Source of the DNA: Planctomycetota bacterium
Lineage (GTDB): Bacteria; Planctomycetota; UBA11346
Length of the DNA stretch: 64,000 nt
Direction: 5' to 3'
Assembly (NCBI GenBank): GCA_013696105.1
Contig: JACCZE010000336.1
Coordinates: forward strand, 7,865 to 71,864
The position numbers and the translations under genes are program-made. The notes under the pieces were generated by a model. It had not been told where the DNA came from and searched no databases. It worked only from the letters and a program-made list of their open reading frames with translations. Of the stretch, positions 47,730 through 56,791 are shown piece after piece. Position 1 is the first letter of the stretch. Each line of letters opens with the position of its first letter.

Positions 47730-50700
47730 CCGCATCATGCGTCTGTTCATCGCGTGCTGCGCCGTGGTGTCGCTGACCGCGGCCGAGGCGCATCCCGCGT
47801 ACGATGCCGTGATGGCGGAGTTCTCGCGCCATGACCAGCGCCTGCCCGGTAGCGAAGCGTACCGGTCGAGCATTGCCGAGCTCGAGAAGGTCCTGCGCGC
47901 ATCCGGGCTCGAGCCCCATCGGCAGACGTTCGATACGCTGGTCCCGCGCACGCTCACATGCTCGCTGTCCATCGGCGGAGCGGACATCTCGCCGGTCCAT
48001 CCGCTCGCTCCCAATGGTGTTGCTCCCACCGGAACCTGGGGTGCTCCCGTCTCCGGACCCCTGGTGTACGTCGGCTCCGGATCTCCAGCCGATATGGATG
48101 GCAAGCCGATCGAGGGAAGCATCGCGGTGATGGAGTTCGGCGGACCGCACATGGACGAGGTCTTCGCCCAGGGCGCGCGCGCCGTGGTATTCGTCGGCAA
48201 CGACACCGCGACGCAGTGGTCGGTGGCCAAGCATTTCACCTCGTTGCCTGCGATCGTGCCGCGCGTCTATGTCGATCGCCCGGTCGCCGAGCGCGCGGGC
48301 ATGCTGAGCGCCGATGGCTCCGCAACCGCCACCCTCGACGTCTCGACCGCCTGGGAAGATGTCCAAGGCATCAATGTCTGGGCCAAGGTGCCATCCAAGA
48401 GGCCGCGCCCGCAGGTCGCAGAGGGGGAGACCGCCACCCCTCGGCACGCCTTCGTGCTGTCTGCGAATATGGGGACGTTCGGGTCCGTTCCGGACCTCAG
48501 CCCGCAACGGCGCTGGGCCGCGAACTGCGCCCTGCTCGCGGAAGTCGCGGCACGCCTCCAGCGCGAGCAGGCGGAGGCCGAGGTCTACATCGTCTTCTTC
48601 GGCAGCCATTACTCCGCCGAGGAAGGCGCGCGGTTCTTCTATTACGTGGTCGATAAGCATCGCAAGGGCGCGACCGATCGGGATACGTTGGCCTATCGCG
48701 ATCAATCCGTCTACCGCATGCAGCTCGAGCAGGTGGACCGATATACCGCACTTCTCGACCGCGAGGATTTCGCGGGCTCGACGACACGCGATGCGGTCAT
48801 GGTCCGTCTGCAGCTGAAAAACCACCTGGTGGGTATCGTCAACGACATCAACTACGATATGCGCGCATCGGCCATCGCCCAGAGCGCGCTCGAGAAGCGG
48901 ATTGCGGTGATGTCGTCGACGCGCACAAAGGATCTGGCGGAGGGCGTTCCTGAACTCGAGCATGCAATCGCTACGCAAGTCGCCGAGCAGAAGGAGCTGA
49001 AGACCACCAAGTCGGCGGTCAACGTCCTGCGCGGGGAACTGGCCGAAGGAGCATTCAGCGACAAGGCCGCGATCGCCAAGCATATCGACGTCATCCGCGA
49101 GCGGCTCAAACGCAAACGCGCGTGGCTGGAACGGATGATCGCCCACAACGCGACTTTCATCGAGCTGGCGGGGTCGCTCAAAGGCGAGACCATCATCGGC
49201 CACCTGTCGTTCGATTTTTCGTCCTCCGATCGTTCGTGGATGCTCTGTTGTTTCGGTGAGAATTGCTGGTCACGAGCCGAGGAGATATGGCCGGGCGCGC
49301 TCGGAAAGCATGTCACGGCCTACAAGAACGCGTTCGAGTCGATGCAACCGCGGACGGACGGCGTTGGCGGATTGTGGGTCCCGAGCAATGACGCGCCCTT
49401 CCGCTGGGACGCGTTGAGCACTCCGCACAGCCGCACCATCCCATCGGCCACTGCGGTCGCACTCGGGATCGCCGGATTCGAACTGATGACGCTCGCCGAT
49501 CCCCTCGACCACGACGAAATGCCGGTGCTCGGCGAGTGGAAGCTCGCGCCCCTGGCGCCGATGCTCGCGGATTGGGTGAGATCGCTGGCCGCGGTCGATG
49601 ATCTGCCGGTGAAGACCGGGATCCTGCCGACGGAGTACTTCGCTCCGCTCCAGTATTCGGCCTCGGGCGAGGACCTCACCGGTCTCGAGATCGTCGATCA
49701 GGCAAAGGGGGCTGAAGACGTCCAGGGCCTCGCGCGCAATGCGGTGGCGACGGTCGGCTACATGCCGCACAACATCGCCTCTTTCGAGCCGCCCTACAAG
49801 CTCGGCGCTATCAACATGGTGCTCTCGCGCGTGACTCCGGATGGCCGCGTCTTCGCGCCGAACGTGATCAGGCAACCGGACTACGACCCAACCGGCAACT
49901 ACGTCAACGCCTTCGGTTTCACCTCTGATGGCAGGATCGAGCGCACGTCTCCGAATGGACAGGGCGGGGGCAGCCGACTGAAGCTCTTCTATGCCTTCGG
50001 CGGATCGTTCTATACGCCATTCATCCCCAACGATTACATCTTCGTGAATCGCAGCGATTTCCTCGTGGCCAAGACCGACAGCGGTCCGAAGCGTCAGTTC
50101 TCGGCGTGGTTCCGCGGTTTGGAGGTCTTCTACCAGGATCAGCCCGTCAATTTCAAATACCTCGGCAATGGGATGAACATCCTCGGCATCGAGCAGGGGC
50201 TCGGACACGGCGTGGGGATCCCGATCACGTCGACGGACCTGATCGGCTTGAATGTCACCCGTCGATCCGGACACGACTACTCGGCGCTGAATCTGCAGCG
50301 GTTGAAGGCCCTGCGTGAACGCAATCTGGTCAACAAATCACTCGAGAAGCTGCAGGCTGACGCGCAAGAACAGGTCGATCTGGGCGACTCGTCGCGCAAG
50401 GATGGGGAAATCCGTTCAGCGATCGCGCACGATACCATCGCCACGATCATCGGTAACAGGGTGCATCAGCCGCTTCGCGACAACGCCTCTGACCTGGTGC
50501 AGGCGGTCATCATCCTGCTGCTCCTGTGCATCCCATTCTCGTTCGCATGCGAACGGCTGATGATCGGCGCAGCGTCCATCTATCGGCAGATCATCGGCTT
50601 TCTGAGCATCTTCCTCGCCACCTTCGGCGTGCTGTATGCCACCCATCCCGCGTTCTCGCTGGCCTCGGCCCCGATCGTCATCTTCCTGGCGTTCATCATC

Positions 50701-52599
50701 ATCCTGCTGAGCACCTTCGTGATCTTCGTAGTGATGAGCAAGTTCAAGCAGGAGCTCAAAGCGCTCCAGGGGTTATCCTCGAAAGTCCACGGCGGACAGG
50801 GGGAGAGCAGCACCGCGCTCGCGGCGGTGGTGATCGGCATCTCGGGCATGCGCAACCGGCCCTTGAAGACCTTTCTGACGTCGACCACGGTGGTGCTGCT
50901 GACCTTCACCATCCTGGTGTTCGCCTCGTTCACCTCGAATGTCGGCGTCGTCTCGACCTTCGTCGGAGCCGCTCGCGGTCCGGATCGCATCGAATTCCAT
51001 ACACCATCGTTCATGTTCATCCCCGATCGGCTGCTCGACAGCATCTCGGCGGTCTATGGTGATCGGTTCGACGTCTATCGTCGAGCAGGCTCGTTCAAGG
51101 TCTGGGGAAACGTCGGCACCCGTGATGAGATCGTGAATGTCGCCTTCAACCCCAAGGGCGACAAATACCAGCGCCTTGACAGCATGCTGATCGTCGATGA
51201 GCGCGAGGTCCCGAGGTTGGACCCCTTGTTCGCTCCGTTGGCGCAGCCATCGGACTCCGATCTCCCGCCGATCCTGCTGTCGCCCTTGGTGGCGAAGAAG
51301 GTGGGCCTCGCCATCGGGGATACCGTCACCGTCCGAGGTCAAAGCTATCGTCTCGCCGGCACGTTCGACGGCCCGACGCTCAAGCGCATCGAGAACGTCG
51401 ACGCATCGCGCATGCTTCCTCCGGATTTCGATCGTTCGAGTTCCAGTCTCGGCGTCAGCGCCGACAACCAGGACCGGATGCAGAACTTCTTCAAGAGCCT
51501 GGATTTCACCGGATTCATCTACAGTACGCCGGACATGGTCGGCGTCACCACCTTCGCAGGCATGGCGAAGCTGGGCCGGATCGACAATTACCTGGTAATG
51601 TACCCGAAAACCTCGGATGTCGATGTCGATACCGCTGCGCGCGAGATCGCCTCGTACGTCGATGGCCCGGTGTGCGCCTCCGTCGCAGGCAAGGGAACGA
51701 ACCGCTACATCTTCTCACGCGCGTTCGCCGGCTCAGGATTCATCGAGGTGCTGGTGCCGCTGCTGCTGGGCGGGCTGATCATCTTCAGCTCGCTCCTCGG
51801 GTCGATCGTGGATCGTCAGAAGGAGATCTACACCTTCAGCGCGCTCGGGCTCGCTCCACCGGACGTCGGTGCCCTGTTCTTCGCCGAGTCGGCGGTGTAC
51901 TCGGTCCTCGGCGGCATGGGCGGGTACCTCATCAGCCAGGTGGTCGCAAAGGGCCTGATGGTGCTCTCGGCCCATGGGCTCGCCGACGTACCGGACCTGA
52001 ACTTCTCCTCGCTCTCATCGATCGCGACCATCCTCATCGTGATGCTGACCATTATGCTATCGACCATCTATCCGGCGATGATGGCCGGCCGGTCGGCGAA
52101 CCCCGGCGTCGCGCGCAAATGGAAGATGCCAAAGCCCGAGGGCGACCGCATCGCTTTCACATTCCCGTTCACCGTCTCTGCCGAGAGCATCGGCGGCATC
52201 CTCGCCTTCATTCGCGAGCATTTCGAGAACCACGGAGACGCGACGCTCGGGGCATTCTCCGCGCGCGACATTCGCATCTTCCGTGACGAAGGCTCCGCCG
52301 GGCGACCTCCGTCGACGGGAATCTCCGCCGACGTATCGCTCGCTCCGTTCGACCTCGGAGTGCTGCAGCGCTTCGTCCTGAGCACCCGCCCATCGGATAT
52401 CAAGGGCATCGATGAGGTGGTGGTCGAGCTGACGCGCATCAACGGCGCGCCTGGCACGTGGCTGCGCGGCAATCGCGAATTCATCAACGACCTGCGCAAT
52501 CAGTTCTTGTTCTGGCGCTCGCTGCCGCTGGCGACCACCGAGCATTACCAGGAGATCGCTGCGCGCTCATTCGGCACGGCGGAGGTGTCCCTTGGCTAG
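47722..52599 (+). CDS. Giant (about 1625 aa) secreted/membrane protein: signal peptide, M28-peptidase-like domain with a PA-domain insert (canonical metal-ligand motifs not evident), 3 extra TM helices, then an FtsX/MacB-type permease module (4 TM plus a 270-aa periplasmic domain)
   Basis: Signal peptide MRLFIACCAVVSLTAAEA. A PA-like IAVMEFGGPHMDEVFAQGARAVVFVGND. An M28-like layout VLSANMGTF...AANCALLAEVAARL...VYIVFFGSHYSAEEG with EE retained but the HxD/DD positions replaced. FtsX TM1 RNRPLKTFLTSTTVVLLTFTILVFA. The FtsX C-terminal module RQKEIYTFSALGLAPPDVGALFFAESAVYSVLGG...YPAMMAGRSANPG. The start is at 47722 (or 47737). Confidence 0.75.
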   Translation: MGDRIMRLFIACCAVVSLTAAEAHPAYDAVMAEFSRHDQRLPGSEAYRSSIAELEKVLRASGLEPHRQTFDTLVPRTLTCSLSIGGADISPVHPLAPNGVAPTGTWGAPVSGPLVYVGSGSPADMDGKPIEGSIAVMEFGGPHMDEVFAQGARAVVFVGNDTATQWSVAKHFTSLPAIVPRVYVDRPVAERAGMLSADGSATATLDVSTAWEDVQGINVWAKVPSKRPRPQVAEGETATPRHAFVLSANMGTFGSVPDLSPQRRWAANCALLAEVAARLQREQAEAEVYIVFFGSHYSAEEGARFFYYVVDKHRKGATDRDTLAYRDQSVYRMQLEQVDRYTALLDREDFAGSTTRDAVMVRLQLKNHLVGIVNDINYDMRASAIAQSALEKRIAVMSSTRTKDLAEGVPELEHAIATQVAEQKELKTTKSAVNVLRGELAEGAFSDKAAIAKHIDVIRERLKRKRAWLERMIAHNATFIELAGSLKGETIIGHLSFDFSSSDRSWMLCCFGENCWSRAEEIWPGALGKHVTAYKNAFESMQPRTDGVGGLWVPSNDAPFRWDALSTPHSRTIPSATAVALGIAGFELMTLADPLDHDEMPVLGEWKLAPLAPMLADWVRSLAAVDDLPVKTGILPTEYFAPLQYSASGEDLTGLEIVDQAKGAEDVQGLARNAVATVGYMPHNIASFEPPYKLGAINMVLSRVTPDGRVFAPNVIRQPDYDPTGNYVNAFGFTSDGRIERTSPNGQGGGSRLKLFYAFGGSFYTPFIPNDYIFVNRSDFLVAKTDSGPKRQFSAWFRGLEVFYQDQPVNFKYLGNGMNILGIEQGLGHGVGIPITSTDLIGLNVTRRSGHDYSALNLQRLKALRERNLVNKSLEKLQADAQEQVDLGDSSRKDGEIRSAIAHDTIATIIGNRVHQPLRDNASDLVQAVIILLLLCIPFSFACERLMIGAASIYRQIIGFLSIFLATFGVLYATHPAFSLASAPIVIFLAFIIILLSTFVIFVVMSKFKQELKALQGLSSKVHGGQGESSTALAAVVIGISGMRNRPLKTFLTSTTVVLLTFTILVFASFTSNVGVVSTFVGAARGPDRIEFHTPSFMFIPDRLLDSISAVYGDRFDVYRRAGSFKVWGNVGTRDEIVNVAFNPKGDKYQRLDSMLIVDEREVPRLDPLFAPLAQPSDSDLPPILLSPLVAKKVGLAIGDTVTVRGQSYRLAGTFDGPTLKRIENVDASRMLPPDFDRSSSSLGVSADNQDRMQNFFKSLDFTGFIYSTPDMVGVTTFAGMAKLGRIDNYLVMYPKTSDVDVDTAAREIASYVDGPVCASVAGKGTNRYIFSRAFAGSGFIEVLVPLLLGGLIIFSSLLGSIVDRQKEIYTFSALGLAPPDVGALFFAESAVYSVLGGMGGYLISQVVAKGLMVLSAHGLADVPDLNFSSLSSIATILIVMLTIMLSTIYPAMMAGRSANPGVARKWKMPKPEGDRIAFTFPFTVSAESIGGILAFIREHFENHGDATLGAFSARDIRIFRDEGSAGRPPSTGISADVSLAPFDLGVLQRFVLSTRPSDIKGIDEVVVELTRINGAPGTWLRGNREFINDLRNQFLFWRSLPLATTEHYQEIAARSFGTAEVSLG

Positions 52600-54547
52600 G
52601 ATCGACAAGGAACTGGAGCAATACCGCCAGCTGATGTCAGTGCCATCGGTGTTCGAGAACGGATTCTCGCTCTCAACCTTCTTCGGCGTGATGTTCATCG
52701 CCCTGGTGATGGTGCCTGGATCGTTGTACATGGAGCTGCTCGCCGGCCAGGGTGTCGGATCGTCGGCCCAGTGGGTGACGGTGATCCTGTTCATGGAGAT
52801 CGCGAAGCGCGCGAACGCCAAGCTGTCACGCGCCCAGCTCTTCGTGCTGTTCTACCTGTCCGGCACCATCATCGGGCAGGGTGGCGGCCTCTTGTGGACG
52901 CAGTTCCTGGTGCGCAGCGACGCGGCCCTGGGAGCCGGCATGAGCGGTGCCTTCCCGATCTGGGTGGCTCCGAGCGACCCGGCTGCCTTTGAGAACCGCA
53001 CGTTCCTCCAGGCTGCGTGGCTGCCCGCGATCGGTCTCATCTTCTTCAAGATGTTTTTCGGTCGGCTCGACAACATGGTGTTGGGATACGGCCTCTTCCG
53101 GCTGACCAGCGACGTCGAGAAGCTGCCGTTCCCGCTCGCGCCTATTGGCGCGCAGGGGATGCTCGCGCTCGCGGACGATCTCGAAGGCAAGGCTCAGGTC
53201 CAGGGATCGTGGCGCTGGCGGGTGTTCTCGATCGGTGGCGCCCTGGGCATGATCTTCGGTGTGCTGTTCTACGGCTTGCCGACGATCAGTGGTGCGGTGT
53301 TCGGCACATCGTTCACCGTTTTGCCGATCCCTTTCGCGGACTGGTCGGACTACACCAAGACCTACCTGCCCGCGGTCGCGACGGGCCTGTCGTTCGATCT
53401 CGGCAACATCATCCTCGGTATGGTGATGCCCTATTTCGCCATGGTGGGGTCCTTCATCGGCCTGATCACCACCTTCATCATGAATCCGATCCTGTACCAC
53501 ACCGGGGTGCTGACCTCGTGGACCCCGGGCGACAGCACCGTCGAGACGATGTTCAAGAACTCGATCGACCTCTATTTCAGCTTCGGCATCGGGCTGTCGC
53601 TGGCGATCGCGGTCATCGGCTTCATGGCGGTGTTCAAGCTCAAGAAGAAGCAGCGCGAGGACCATGCCGCGGCCCTCGGCAGCGATATCCCGCCTGGCCG
53701 AGGCGACATCCCCAACCGCGTCGTGCTCTGGACCTACGTGCTCTCGACCATCATCTACATCCTGGTCTGCGGATACCTGGTGGATTGGCACACCGGGGTG
53801 ATGGTGGTCCTGGTGTTCTTCGGATTCCTGTACACGCCGATCATCTCCTACGTCACCGCCCGCCTCGAAGGCATCGCCGGGCAGGTGGTCGAGATCCCCT
53901 ACATCCGCGAACTGTCCTTCATCCTGTCAGGCTATCAGGGGGTGGGGATCTGGTTCATCCCCACGCCGATGGCCAATTATGGCGCCCAGACCGTGTTCTA
54001 CCGGCAGGCGGAACTCACCGGCACCCGATTCACGTCCTTGTGGAAGTCCGAGGTCTTCCTCTTCCCGGTGATGATCGTCGCGACCATCGCCTTCGCGAGC
54101 TTCATCTGGGGACTGGGCGAGATCCCCTCGTCGGTCTATCCCTTCACCCAGCAGATGTGGGAGCTCAACGCCAAGAATGCGGTGCTGGTGATGTCGTCCA
54201 CCACCGGCGAGTACTCGCAGTTCCAGGAGGCGCTCTCCGGAACCAAGGTCGGTATCGGCTTCGGCGTCGGCATGGGCGTCTTCGGTTTCCTCGCCGTCTT
54301 CAATGCGCCGACGACCCTGCTCTACGGTCTGATCCGCGGCATCGGCCAGACCACCCCGCACATGGTGATCCCGCAGTTCCTGGGTGCGCTGCTCGGGCGT
54401 TATTACTTCGAGAAGCGCCTGGGCCTGAAATGGCGCGAATACGTGCCCGTGCTCAGCGCGGGATTCTTCTGCGGTGCGGGCCTCATCACCATGTTCTGCA
54501 TCGGAGTGGTGTTCCTGATGAAATCCAGCAACCACCTGCCCTACTGA
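52592..54547 (+). CDS. Large polytopic membrane protein (651 aa, about 16 TM), OPT-like; paralog of 43329-45488
   Basis: A TTG start with a perfect GGAGGTG RBS 4 nt upstream, overlapping the upstream stop. Hydrophobic throughout, with a GMVMPYFAMVGSFIGLITTFIMNP region. Confidence 0.6.
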   Translation: MARIDKELEQYRQLMSVPSVFENGFSLSTFFGVMFIALVMVPGSLYMELLAGQGVGSSAQWVTVILFMEIAKRANAKLSRAQLFVLFYLSGTIIGQGGGLLWTQFLVRSDAALGAGMSGAFPIWVAPSDPAAFENRTFLQAAWLPAIGLIFFKMFFGRLDNMVLGYGLFRLTSDVEKLPFPLAPIGAQGMLALADDLEGKAQVQGSWRWRVFSIGGALGMIFGVLFYGLPTISGAVFGTSFTVLPIPFADWSDYTKTYLPAVATGLSFDLGNIILGMVMPYFAMVGSFIGLITTFIMNPILYHTGVLTSWTPGDSTVETMFKNSIDLYFSFGIGLSLAIAVIGFMAVFKLKKKQREDHAAALGSDIPPGRGDIPNRVVLWTYVLSTIIYILVCGYLVDWHTGVMVVLVFFGFLYTPIISYVTARLEGIAGQVVEIPYIRELSFILSGYQGVGIWFIPTPMANYGAQTVFYRQAELTGTRFTSLWKSEVFLFPVMIVATIAFASFIWGLGEIPSSVYPFTQQMWELNAKNAVLVMSSTTGEYSQFQEALSGTKVGIGFGVGMGVFGFLAVFNAPTTLLYGLIRGIGQTTPHMVIPQFLGALLGRYYFEKRLGLKWREYVPVLSAGFFCGAGLITMFCIGVVFLMKSSNHLPY

Positions 54548-54601
54548 TGCCGATCACCGCCCGACATCCAGTTGAGACGTGCGCCGATGGGAGGGGATCC
54601 G

Positions 54602-55366
54602 ATGGCTGACTGCCCGATTCCATCCGGCCCCGTGGCTTCGGCCCGCGAGCTGATCGTCCGCGTCAGCGGTGTCGACAAGGTGTATCGCACCGGCCACGAG
54701 ACCGTGTACGCGCTCAAAGGCATCGACCTCGACATCTATCGTGGCGAATACCTGTCGATCATGGGCCCGTCGGGTTCAGGCAAATCCACGCTGTTCAACG
54801 TCATCGGCGCGCTCGACAAGCCCACCCGGGGCGAAGTGGCCGTCGGCTCGGTGTCCCTGCCCAAGCTGAGTTCGGCCGAGCTGTCGTACTTCCGTTGCCG
54901 TCACATCGGCTACGTCTTCCAGAACTACAACCTCATCCAGTCGCTGACCGCGCTCGAGAACGTCACGCTGCCGTTGACCTTCATCGGCGCCGACGACGCC
55001 GAAGCCAAGCGCCGAGCGATGGAGGTCTTGGATTTTGTCGGCCTCGCCGATCGCCTCACCCACAATCCCGGACAGCTCTCAGGCGGTCAGCAGCAGCGCG
55101 TGGCGATCGCCCGCGCATTGGCCAATCGTCCCACCATCCTGCTCGCGGACGAGCCCACGGCGAACCTCGACCTCAAGACCGGCGCGATGGTGATCGACAT
55201 CTTCAAGAAATTGTCGTCCGAGCACGGGGTGACGATCATCACCGCGACCCATGACCACAAGATGCTCGCGGTCTCCGATCGCATCGTCGACATCGCAGCG
55301 GGTCAGGTGGCGCGCATCCGCAACGTGCGCGACCTGAACATCACGGTCGGCAAGATCCATGCCTGA
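54602..55366 (+). CDS. ABC transporter ATP-binding protein (second MacB/LolD-type NBD; paralog of 46965-47729)
   Basis: Walker A GPSGSGKST, LSGGQQQRVAIARAL, ILLADEPTANLD and TATHD. The ATG at 54602 is preceded by GGGAGGGG. The track ORF starts at 54572. Confidence 0.9.
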   Translation: MADCPIPSGPVASARELIVRVSGVDKVYRTGHETVYALKGIDLDIYRGEYLSIMGPSGSGKSTLFNVIGALDKPTRGEVAVGSVSLPKLSSAELSYFRCRHIGYVFQNYNLIQSLTALENVTLPLTFIGADDAEAKRRAMEVLDFVGLADRLTHNPGQLSGGQQQRVAIARALANRPTILLADEPTANLDLKTGAMVIDIFKKLSSEHGVTIITATHDHKMLAVSDRIVDIAAGQVARIRNVRDLNITVGKIHA

Positions 55367-56288
55367 GGCCGACGCGCCGCCGGCGCGGAGGGATGATCGG
55401 CTGCCGCTGCACCTCCAGCGCCTGCGGCACCTGTCGTGGGAGGGCTTCTCCTTCGTGCTTCCTCCGGGCTGGGAAATCACCGCGTACAGCTTGGACGCCA
55501 AGAACGGCCAATTCCAGTTTTTCGAGCGCGGCACATTCCGCGCGCAGTTGGTCTGGCGGAAGGTGCCCAAGGCCCCGGATCTGCCGCGTATCCTCAACGA
55601 GATCCATCGGCGTCAGCTCGAGAAGGATGCGCCCGGTTCCTCGAAGTCGTTCAGCACGCTCGAATTCGCCCAGATCGGTCGGTTCCTGGTCGGCCACGAC
55701 CGGCCTGGCCTACCCTGCCAGGCCTCGCTCTTCCAGCCCGATCGCGGCCTGCTCATCCAGTGGGTCTTCCCCAGCTACGATCCAGGAGATTTCATCACGA
55801 GTTGGATGCCGCTGCTCGACTCGTTCGCGCCGAACGATGCCGCGGAGATGCGCTGGGAGCTGTTCGGCCTGTCGCTGCGGCTGCCGCGAAGCATGACCTT
55901 CGAGGAGATCACTCCTGATCCTGCGAATGTGGCGTTGTCGTTCGAGACCAGGAAGCACGCGAAGCTGGTCGCTCGCCGCATGGGCCTTCCGACCATCGTG
56001 CTCGCCGGTACGTCTCTCGCGCGGGTGCATGCGCGCATCCTCGAGCGCGCCGGATCGCGCATCCTCTCGTGCGAGGATCTCTCCATGGATGGCCACCGTG
56101 CGGTGCGCACGCGCTTCGACCGGCGCGGCATGAAAGGCATGGAGAAGTTGGTCGGCGGCTGGTGGCCCGGAGACGCCTGGATCTGGCACGACGAGATCGA
56201 GGGTCGCATCTATGCCATCGAGCAGTTCGGACCCAGGAAGCAGATTCCGATCGAGTTGTCAGCGATCATCCGCCGGGACGGTCCGTGA
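55359..56288 (+). CDS. Hypothetical protein (309 aa); possibly a degenerate HprK-kinase-C-terminal-like domain without a P-loop
   Basis: No Walker A. The segment LAGTSLARVHARILERAGSRILSCEDL loosely parallels the HprK [27 protein letters not shown] with the P-loop lost. The start overlaps the ATPase stop. Confidence 0.45.
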   Translation: MPEADAPPARRDDRLPLHLQRLRHLSWEGFSFVLPPGWEITAYSLDAKNGQFQFFERGTFRAQLVWRKVPKAPDLPRILNEIHRRQLEKDAPGSSKSFSTLEFAQIGRFLVGHDRPGLPCQASLFQPDRGLLIQWVFPSYDPGDFITSWMPLLDSFAPNDAAEMRWELFGLSLRLPRSMTFEEITPDPANVALSFETRKHAKLVARRMGLPTIVLAGTSLARVHARILERAGSRILSCEDLSMDGHRAVRTRFDRRGMKGMEKLVGGWWPGDAWIWHDEIEGRIYAIEQFGPRKQIPIELSAIIRRDGP

Positions 56289-56674
56289 TGGTCGCTAAGC
56301 CAAAGGGTCCGGGGACACTGGCAGAACAGATGTCGGCAGTCCCGGTGCGCAACGAGAAGGTGCGTGTCGTCGAGCAGTCCGGCGGGGCGCACCTGACCGT
56401 ACCCTTGACCTACCACGCCATGCTGCGGCCACTGGCGTCGGCGATGAAGCTGCGCACCGAGAAGACGTTCCAGCTGGATGTGCTCGCCTACTCGGTGTAC
56501 CGCCGGATCGACGGCGTCGCGACCGTCGAGACCCTCGCTGATCGGCTGAAGGATGAATTCCAGCTGTCATTCCATGAGGCGCGCGTGCTGGTGATGCGCT
56601 ACCTGCAGCTCTTGATGGTTCGTGGACTGGTGGTCCTGGCAAAGCCTCTTCCGGCTCCGACCACCGGGGGCTGA
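56288..56674 (+). CDS. PqqD-family-like protein (RiPP recognition element / peptide chaperone fold), 128 aa
   Basis: VPVRNEKVRVVEQSGGAHLTVPL...FQLDVLAYSVYRRIDGVATVETLADRLKDEFQLSFHEARVLVMRYLQLLMVRGLVVL follows the PqqD/RRE pattern P.....V.......L.....L.LN..A..IW.L.DG..TV.EI...L...F.V....A..DV..FL..L...GL. The start overlaps the upstream stop as TGATG. Confidence 0.5.
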   Translation: MVAKPKGPGTLAEQMSAVPVRNEKVRVVEQSGGAHLTVPLTYHAMLRPLASAMKLRTEKTFQLDVLAYSVYRRIDGVATVETLADRLKDEFQLSFHEARVLVMRYLQLLMVRGLVVLAKPLPAPTTGG

Positions 56675-56791
56675 TCCACTCGGTCGATCCTCTCTGTCGA
56701 AGGTTCGGGTGATCCGAGTGCTGATTCTGGCTGCTTGGCACGACTGGCGCTCACATGGTGAAACACCAGCGCTACGCTCGTGAGGGGCCAT

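Noticed and set aside
54572-54601. Upstream ATG start for the second ABC ATPase
   Set aside because: The ATG at 54602 has a GGGAGGGG RBS at the correct spacing, and the upstream 10 codons add a non-conserved MRRAPMGGDP extension.
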